This document shows positions 57,619 through 64,000 of a stretch of 64,000 nucleotides of DNA, piece by piece. Position 1 is the stretch's first letter. Each line of letters starts with the position of its first letter. The stretch is from Ylistrum balloti. Lineage: Eukaryota. Below the pieces are notes generated by a model. That model was given only the letters and a program-made list of their open reading frames with translations, did no database searches and was not told where the DNA came from. The DNA lies in contig NW_026781935.1 of the NCBI RefSeq assembly GCF_031769215.1, positions 1 through 64,000 on the forward strand, written 5' to 3'. A program made the translations under genes and the position numbers.

Positions 57619-57717
57619 TTTTTTAATGTAATAAAAATAAGTTTTAATACTTTTTTTAAAGAAATCAGTGTTTTTTTATTGAAATTTGATAGAATTTAGA
57701 TAAAATTTTAAAAAAAT

Positions 57718-59103
57718 TCATCTTTTATAAAATTTATCAAAACGGGATAAAATGGAAATTCTTTCCAATAAACTCCCTAGATGGCTACCTTTTCCTAAAG
57801 AAAGATTACTAACGACCACTGAAGAGAGAATATATTCTTCCCCTTTAGACCCTCTATAAGAGTAAGTACTTTGAATGTAGTAGTCTTTACCACCATGCTT
57901 ACCTAAGTATAATAATATATGGGTCGGTCCTGGAATATAAGCAAAAGTTAGTAATGGTTCTAAATAATTTTTCGCTTTAATATAATCTTGCTTAGTTTTT
58001 ATATCTTTTTTACTGTTTAATACCTTTATTTGCTGAGAAGAACTTCTTGGCAAATCAATTCCAAATGAGCGATAAAGTCGATAGAGAAAAATTGAACAGT
58101 CAGTACGATTATTCCCACCTCCCCATAAATATCCTGTGTTAAGAAATTTAAATGCTTGCTTGATGATATTTTGATAAGAAAAATCTAAATATTGGTTGGA
58201 AATTTCACTAGTTTTAATGTAATAAATGCCTAGCTGAAAATTCTTTTCGGGAATATAAATAGGTGTGAATTCTTCAAGAGAGTTGAAATCCTTATAATAA
58301 AACCTGTTACCAATCGGTAAAACAATGTCAGTAGCATAGTTTTTATTATCAATAGGTTTTTGATAAACCTGAGACTCCACTTCTAAAACAACACCTTCAT
58401 TGTCTTGGTTTATAAATTCTCTGACTTGTTTCCTGCTTCCGATGGCTAAAAAATTTTTTTTTATCCAGCCACGGGAAAAAATGCTTTCAACATAAAGCCA
58501 TTCTTGATCTTTGGATTGATGAATAATTGCCACAGGAGAAAAAGGAGGGAGGTGGGTTTTTTTAAAAATTTCAAAGTCGTGATCGCGTTTCTTCCTAAAT
58601 ATTTTAAGATCAGTCGGAAAATACCTTAGTTCACTATCCTTGTGTAATACAATCCCATAAGATACCTTTATCTTTTTGATATTTTGAAAAGCAGAGTAGT
58701 TTATGAGGTCTTTTAAATATTTTGAGAATTGAGGATCTCTCCTTCTAACTCCCTTTAAATCGTATTTAATATAGGTTCTCATGAGTTTTAAATCTTGGTC
58801 AAGGTAATTTTTTACCATTTTAGCGTTCAGGTAGTTTCCTAACACCAGAGGATTGAGAATGATTTTTCTTGACAAGTTTTTTTTGTTAAAATCTTTAATT
58901 CTTTCTTTGGACCAAATAATTTTTTGGGGATGATTTATTTTTTTTAACCAAAAGTAAGGATTAAGAAATTGTTTCTCAAAACCCTGCAAGGATTCTTGGT
59001 TGATTGTAATTTTTTGATTCTCTTTACCCTGGATAAATAGAAATGACAAAATTAAGAATTTTAGTAAAAGCAAGAAAAAAAACTTCGAAAAAATTGTTTT
59101 CAA
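57718..59103 (-). CDS. SH3-containing NlpC/P60 cell-wall peptidase
   Basis: Signal peptide; PFSPVAIIHQSKDQEWLYV SH3-like module; YLWGG..DCS..LPRSS..HILLYLG. Confidence 0.88.
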   Translation of the reverse strand: MKTIFSKFFFLLLLKFLILSFLFIQGKENQKITINQESLQGFEKQFLNPYFWLKKINHPQKIIWSKERIKDFNKKNLSRKIILNPLVLGNYLNAKMVKNYLDQDLKLMRTYIKYDLKGVRRRDPQFSKYLKDLINYSAFQNIKKIKVSYGIVLHKDSELRYFPTDLKIFRKKRDHDFEIFKKTHLPPFSPVAIIHQSKDQEWLYVESIFSRGWIKKNFLAIGSRKQVREFINQDNEGVVLEVESQVYQKPIDNKNYATDIVLPIGNRFYYKDFNSLEEFTPIYIPEKNFQLGIYYIKTSEISNQYLDFSYQNIIKQAFKFLNTGYLWGGGNNRTDCSIFLYRLYRSFGIDLPRSSSQQIKVLNSKKDIKTKQDYIKAKNYLEPLLTFAYIPGPTHILLYLGKHGGKDYYIQSTYSYRGSKGEEYILSSVVVSNLSLGKGSHLGSLLERISILSRFDKFYKR

Positions 59104-59112
59104 AGTTAAAAA

Positions 59113-59829
59113 TTAGAAACCACGAGACTTTTTAATTTTTTGGTAAGCTTCGTTGATAATTTTAAATTTTTCCTCTGCTGATTTACGAATATTCTCCCCT
59201 AAGTGAGCAACCTTATCAGGGTGGTTTTGAAGGGAAATTTCTCTAAAAGCTTTTTTTATTTCTTCATTGCTTGCAGATTGAGGAATATCAAGTACACGAT
59301 AGTAATGGACTATATCATGTTCTTGATTACCATACAAATTTCTCATTGAATGAAAAACATGACTTGGTATTTTTAGTAAAACAGCAATCCTTGACAAGAT
59401 GTCTATCTCTAAACTGTGCGATTGTCCATCTGAATTGCTTAAACCAAACAAAAAGTGGAGGAGTTGGTTTTTCTCTTCAGTTAACATGCACTGGTTGATT
59501 TGATCGCAGACTTCTTCTAATGAGTATTCTTTCTTTTCAATATCTCTAAGAAACATCATCATTTCTTGAACTTCCTCTATCTGGAAATGTTGAAGAAGGA
59601 ATTCTTTAACATACTCAATCTCTTTAACGGTTATCCGATTGTCTGCTTTCATCACTTTGGAAGCGAGTATTAACATGGAAAAGATAAAATCAGAATGGGT
59701 AGTTTGTTGTCGACCGACCCTTGGTTGAGAAGATTGATCTAATTTCCCAGCTAACCACCAACCAATTAAACCACCGATCGGCCCTCCTAATGACCACCCT
59801 AACCCTGCTCCTAAAATTCTTTTAAACAT
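59113..59829 (-). CDS. djlA: TerB + DnaJ co-chaperone
   Basis: Gly-rich TM (GWSLGGPIGGLIG), KADNRI TerB-like domain, J-domain with HPD. Confidence 0.9.
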   Translation of the reverse strand: MFKRILGAGLGWSLGGPIGGLIGWWLAGKLDQSSQPRVGRQQTTHSDFIFSMLILASKVMKADNRITVKEIEYVKEFLLQHFQIEEVQEMMMFLRDIEKKEYSLEEVCDQINQCMLTEEKNQLLHFLFGLSNSDGQSHSLEIDILSRIAVLLKIPSHVFHSMRNLYGNQEHDIVHYYRVLDIPQSASNEEIKKAFREISLQNHPDKVAHLGENIRKSAEEKFKIINEAYQKIKKSRGF

Positions 59830-59832
59830 GCT

Positions 59833-60363
59833 TTATTGTAAATTTAACTTCCAATATTGATCATTTAATTCTATTTCGTAAACCCCTTTATTTAAAATCA
59901 ATTCCAGTTGAGGAAGTTTGTTGCCTTGATAAATAGTTTGGCCATTTTGGTCGTTTATTTGTAAGTTTGAAAATTTTTTAAAAAAAAAACTGTACTGATC
60001 GTTTTCATTTTTCACCGAAAAAGAAGAGAAATTAATCTTTTGTGACTGACTGGTTTCAAATTCGTTTGAATCTCTTGTGAGTCCGGTTTGTGAAACCCAT
60101 TCAAATTCTTTCCCAGCAATTAATTCTAATCCTTGGTCAATTCTTTTAATAATCACTTCAAAAAAATTAACGGTCTTTTTTTTAACTGGTGTGAAGGAGG
60201 GTGGCTTTATAATTTCATCTATTTGCTTTAATTCATTCATAGATTGATAAAAACGGAAAACCTCTTTTGCTTTCTCTTGGTCATCTCCTATCCATTCTGA
60301 GATGACTTTGAAATTTTTTTCTTCGAGAGCTTGATGGATGGATAACAATTCTTGTTCTTTCAT
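59833..60363 (-). CDS. Hypothetical protein, candidate soluble anti-sigma factor
   Basis: Directly downstream of the sigma-like gene; short helical N-domain then beta-rich C-domain. Confidence 0.5.
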   Translation of the reverse strand: MKEQELLSIHQALEEKNFKVISEWIGDDQEKAKEVFRFYQSMNELKQIDEIIKPPSFTPVKKKTVNFFEVIIKRIDQGLELIAGKEFEWVSQTGLTRDSNEFETSQSQKINFSSFSVKNENDQYSFFFKKFSNLQINDQNGQTIYQGNKLPQLELILNKGVYEIELNDQYWKLNLQ

Positions 60364-60406
60364 TTGAATTTGCTAAGAGATTTGAAATTGTAACGTACAG
60401 ATGAAT

Positions 60407-61282
60407 TCATTTTGTTCTGTTAAAAACCACTTTGGAAAGACTTTTCTCCAAACTTTTCCGGTAATAAACGATCGTATTCGCTATCTTGGTTTCATTTTGA
60501 TTCAGAATTGTTGCTATATTTTTAAACGGCGGAAAGGCAGAAATAGTTTTATATTTTTTTAACAATGCTTCACGCCGATAGTTAATCTTCTTTTCTAACT
60601 GTATTCTTTCCGTATTAGATAGGGATTTTTCCCTTGTTTGAAGATCTAAAATTTCAAAATAAATTTTATTAATTTTTTCTTCTTGTTTCAATTGGAACAT
60701 GGTTTTTTCAAAAATCTTACTCTTTAAATCATCGATTTGAGATAAAAGCTTCATGTAATCCTTACCAGTAAAATCTTTAAGTAAAACATAGTCATCTTCC
60801 GTGAAATAGTCGAAATAATATAGCTTTATTACCAAGTATCTAAAAATACCTTCCTTAGGGTTAGGGAAAACTTGACTATCTATGGGGGGGCTTTCCATAA
60901 AACTATCTCTTAAAACAAGTGACTCTTCCATTGATTCCTTAAAAATTTCTTCGTTTTCTGAATAAATGACTCTTTCTTTACGGTTTTTTTGATATTGGAG
61001 GAAATTTAAATAATATGTTCTAAGTCTTATTGAAAGGTAGACCGAAAAACTTGCCAATTGGGAATTGAATTTTTTTAAAAAAATCCGTCTTTTCTCAAAG
61101 ACATAAAGATAGAAATCTGAAATAGTATCTTCATCTTTTTCTCTAAATGCGAGGGTAGGAAAGAAACGAATATAGAGTGAAATTTTCTCCCATAGTAGAT
61201 CCAGTAAGTCTTCTTCTCCTTGTTGAAATTTTTTGACAATATCTCCTAATTTGTCAAGATGAGATTTATGGAATCTATCCAT
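60407..61282 (-). CDS. ECF-like sigma factor with long inter-domain insert
   Basis: Region-2-like DTISDFYLYVF...SFSVYL...NFL and region-4 HTH FKNIATILNQNETKIANTIVYYRKSL. Confidence 0.6.
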   Translation of the reverse strand: MDRFHKSHLDKLGDIVKKFQQGEEDLLDLLWEKISLYIRFFPTLAFREKDEDTISDFYLYVFEKRRIFLKKFNSQLASFSVYLSIRLRTYYLNFLQYQKNRKERVIYSENEEIFKESMEESLVLRDSFMESPPIDSQVFPNPKEGIFRYLVIKLYYFDYFTEDDYVLLKDFTGKDYMKLLSQIDDLKSKIFEKTMFQLKQEEKINKIYFEILDLQTREKSLSNTERIQLEKKINYRREALLKKYKTISAFPPFKNIATILNQNETKIANTIVYYRKSLEKSLSKVVFNRTK

Positions 61283-61334
61283 TAATTTTTTTGTTTTATT
61301 ATAATTTGTTTATAAATACAAGTCAAATGAAAAA

Positions 61335-61343
61335 ATTATAACA
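61335..61343 (-). promoter_or_regulatory. Extended -10 element for the sigma-like gene
   Basis: TGTTATAAT on the minus strand in the dnaG/sigma gap. Confidence 0.5.
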
Positions 61344-61361
61344 TAATCGATTTTTTCAAAA

Positions 61362-63233
61362 TTAAATGAATTTTTTTAGATTATCTTCTTCGACATAGAG
61401 TCCCATCCGCTCCTCTTGTAAAATACACTCAAGATCCCAATTGTTTTCTTCCCTAGCTTTTTGAATTTTTTCATTAATTAATGCCTTTTTTTTCTTAAGG
61501 TATTCTTTTTTAAGAATGACGACGCGGGTATTGAATTCTTCTTGGATATTTTGATCCATATTTGTATTAGAATGATTGGAATTCAATTCTTTATTTATTT
61601 GGTGAATACCCGTTTTCTTTTTTATTTCCTCTTCGATCTTATCTTTCATGAAGTCTTTTCTTAAACAATTAGAAGAAATGTATTCAGCTACTTTTTTTTG
61701 ATTGTCGTCATTAAAAAGATTGAGAATGTCTTGAAAAGAAATGTGTATTGCCCCACTTAAACTTAACAAACGGCTATAGATATATTTAGAAAGTTGGTCG
61801 TCTATGCTTTCAGATAAAATTACTGATGAAGCTGGTTTAATGTAATGAGGGTGATTACATAAGAACAAAACAAAACTTCTTTCTTTGGTGGCAAGTCTAC
61901 TAGGGAAGGAGGTTTTTGCTTTAGTAAAACGTACCGTTGAGCGATGTGGAGTTTGATTGTTCTCAAGCCATTTTTCTAAATCGATGTTAAAAGATTGGTC
62001 GATTAAACCAGCAAAATTTTTTTTTACGAAATCATCTTGGATGGAAAGATAAACTGGGATTAAATTATGAAGAGTATTTTTTTTTTCAACAGGTGAAAGT
62101 TTTTGATGGTTGTTACCTACCAGGTAACGATAAAGGTTCAATCCTTTGTTTTTAAAGAAATCATCAATTGTCTCTAAACTATGCTGATGAATAAAACTGA
62201 ATGGATCTTCCCCTTTGGGTAGATTGAAAACATTGCCGTCTATTGATAAAGTAGCAAGGTCACAAGCCGATCGCCAAGTTGCTTTCTTGCCAGATTCATC
62301 TCCGTCAAAAAGTAAATGAATTTTGTCCACATATCTTTTCAATTTTAAGATATGTTCGAGAGTAAGAGCCGTACCTAAGGGAGCGACTGCTGGAATATTT
62401 GCTTTATGACAAGCGATAACATCGAGATAACCTTCCACGACATAACATTCTCTGGTTTGGCTCATTCTCTGGTAGGATTCTTTAAACCCATAAAGGGTCT
62501 CTCTTTTTTTAAACCAAGGCGACTCTCTTACATTGAGGTATTTGGGTTCATCTTGTCCAATGGTTCTTCCACCAAAACCGATCACTTCATTTTTTTCATT
62601 GTAAATTGGGAAGATAATCCTATTTCTAAAAAATTCATTTGATTGATGATAATTAAAAAAAAACAATGATGATTTTTTTAAGTCTTCTTTAGAGTTTTTA
62701 AAGAGATTTTTCGAGTTGATAATTTTTTTTAAAAAACCTTCATTAGGTTTAAAGTCGGGGACAAATCCGACTTCAAATTTTTGAATGGATTTTTTCCCAA
62801 TTTTTCTTTGCCTTAGATAATTATGTTCAGGCAATCCTCCCTTGGTATCTAACAAGTATTGGTGAAAGACATCCTTAGCCCATAGATTAATTTGTTTCAT
62901 GTTGAGATGGGGATCCACTTTAACAGCTTGTCGAAATGAAAACCTTTCTGGGAGAGGAATGTTGTAAAAACTAGCAATTCTTTTGACAGCTTCTTTAAAT
63001 TCTAATTTGTCATATTCCATTACGAATTTGAAGACATCACCCCCGGCTCCACAAGAAAAGCATTTATATAGTTGCTTTTTCTCTGAAACAAACATTGAGG
63101 GACTATGGTCATCATGAAAGGGACAAATGCCTACCCACTCCGCCCCTTTTTTCTTTAGTGCAATGCGTTTAGTGACAATATCAACGATATTAGAGCGATT
63201 TCTTAGATTATCAAAAAAATTATCGTTTTTCAC
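61362..63233 (-). CDS. dnaG: DNA primase
   Basis: CHC2 finger CPFHDD...CFSCG, FRNRIIFPI, FGGR, KYLN, VEGYLD, LGTALT, FDGDESG. Confidence 0.98.
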   Translation of the reverse strand: MKNDNFFDNLRNRSNIVDIVTKRIALKKKGAEWVGICPFHDDHSPSMFVSEKKQLYKCFSCGAGGDVFKFVMEYDKLEFKEAVKRIASFYNIPLPERFSFRQAVKVDPHLNMKQINLWAKDVFHQYLLDTKGGLPEHNYLRQRKIGKKSIQKFEVGFVPDFKPNEGFLKKIINSKNLFKNSKEDLKKSSLFFFNYHQSNEFFRNRIIFPIYNEKNEVIGFGGRTIGQDEPKYLNVRESPWFKKRETLYGFKESYQRMSQTRECYVVEGYLDVIACHKANIPAVAPLGTALTLEHILKLKRYVDKIHLLFDGDESGKKATWRSACDLATLSIDGNVFNLPKGEDPFSFIHQHSLETIDDFFKNKGLNLYRYLVGNNHQKLSPVEKKNTLHNLIPVYLSIQDDFVKKNFAGLIDQSFNIDLEKWLENNQTPHRSTVRFTKAKTSFPSRLATKERSFVLFLCNHPHYIKPASSVILSESIDDQLSKYIYSRLLSLSGAIHISFQDILNLFNDDNQKKVAEYISSNCLRKDFMKDKIEEEIKKKTGIHQINKELNSNHSNTNMDQNIQEEFNTRVVILKKEYLKKKKALINEKIQKAREENNWDLECILQEERMGLYVEEDNLKKFI

Positions 63234-63310
63234 TTCTTGAATTTAAGATGAATTTATTTAATTGGACAACTTCTTTTAATTGTACAATTAAAAGAATAAG
63301 GAATCACTCT

Positions 63311-64000
63311 ATGATTGGAATTATTGGAATGGGGAATATGGGTAAAGTACTGTCTTTGCCCCTTTTGAATTTTATCAACAAAAAGGAAAAAATTGTCATT
63401 TTTGATCAAAATTCTTCAGCCTATAAATATTTTAAAAAAAAACCATCAATTAAAATTTGTAAAAATCTTCAAGAATTTTTTCGTATCACTCAAACCATTT
63501 TTCTATGTATTAAGCCAAAAGATGCTCAATCTTTTTTTAAAGAAAGTCGTTTCCACCTTAAACCCCATCATGCAATTATTTCTATTTTAGCTGGAGTTAG
63601 TTTGAGTCAATTACATCAAATGGTTCAACCATCTCAAAAAAGACTTTCTAAATTAAATCTATCCAAGATTCAACCGAAGTTAATTAGATTAATGCCAAAC
63701 CTTCCCTCCCAAATTGCTGCTGGCAGTGGTGGATTTTGTTTTAGTAAAAATATTTCTAAAGTTGATAAAGCTAAAATATCCAAAATATTCTCTGTGTTTG
63801 GTCATTATGTTGAAATCAATGAAAAACTTTTTGATGCACTGACTTCTTTATCGGGGAGTGGTCCTGCATTTGTTTTTTTATTTATTGAAGCTCTTGTATC
63901 TGCTGGACGTCGACTTGGACTCTCGAAACAACAAGCAATGGTTTTAGCAGGGTCGACCGTAAGCGGAGCTGCCCAAATGGTGTTGGCTACAAACGAAGAT
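63311..64000 (+). CDS. proC: Pyrroline-5-carboxylate reductase, runs off the window end (absent from the ORF track)
   Basis: My translation from ATG 63311: MIGIIGMGNMG...CIKP...ISILAG...RLMPN...SLSGSGPAF...IEAL. Confidence 0.93.
   Translation, partial: MIGIIGMGNMGKVLSLPLLNFINKKEKIVIFDQNSSAYKYFKKKPSIKICKNLQEFFRITQTIFLCIKPKDAQSFFKESRFHLKPHHAIISILAGVSLSQLHQMVQPSQKRLSKLNLSKIQPKLIRLMPNLPSQIAAGSGGFCFSKNISKVDKAKISKIFSVFGHYVEINEKLFDALTSLSGSGPAFVFLFIEALVSAGRRLGLSKQQAMVLAGSTVSGAAQMVLATNED

Noticed and set aside
1889-63590. Many 60-113 aa ORFs in the track lying antisense or out of frame within long genes (e.g. 1889, 2174, 13785, 16415, 27985, 34977, 45252, 51484, 53736, 63393)
   Set aside because: Shadows of well-supported CDSs; no motifs or independent signals; 63393..63590 is an alternate frame inside proC
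1-64000. CRISPR arrays, IS elements, rRNA, tmRNA, alternative genetic code
   Set aside because: No regularly spaced repeats, transposase motifs or rRNA/tmRNA signatures seen; TAA, TAG and TGA all end conserved genes at the expected positions

Overview
A 64-kb, AT-rich, gene-dense segment of a bacterial chromosome, mostly housekeeping genes, read with the standard code. Several features point to an uncultured-type member of Spirochaetota (inference): a short FlaB-type flagellin with the WFHIG motif, a eukaryote-type hexokinase, the rpsB/tsf-frr-uppS-cdsA order without pyrH, an Rrp2/NtrC-like activator and many TPR lipoproteins. Recognisable genes are hemC, leuS, dxs, adk, tsaC, frr, uppS, cdsA, aroE, nhaA, ppc, xerC, pgeF, accB, secG, def, purE, dnaX, ybaB, recR, dxr, flaB, djlA, dnaG and a partial proC. 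RNA genes are tRNA-Arg(CCU), RNase P RNA and SRP RNA. I found no CRISPR array, IS element or prophage. The most unusual observations: (1) a single 593-aa ORF fusing ribosomal protein S2 to EF-Ts through a charged linker, with no internal start for EF-Ts; (2) a two-gene type IIA topoisomerase with T4-phage/eukaryote-like signatures, no C-terminal pinwheel and A-before-B order, sitting among core genes; (3) an unassigned structured RNA of about 170 nt (6S-like candidate); (4) an ECF-like sigma factor with a large insert plus a candidate anti-sigma where rpoD usually follows dnaG; (5) a hexokinase broken by a T11 tract; (6) a GH19 chitinase lipoprotein whose signal-peptide sequence is duplicated upstream; (7) a divergent flagellin with a sigma28-type promoter pointing away from it. 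All family assignments come from motif recognition by eye; no searches were run.
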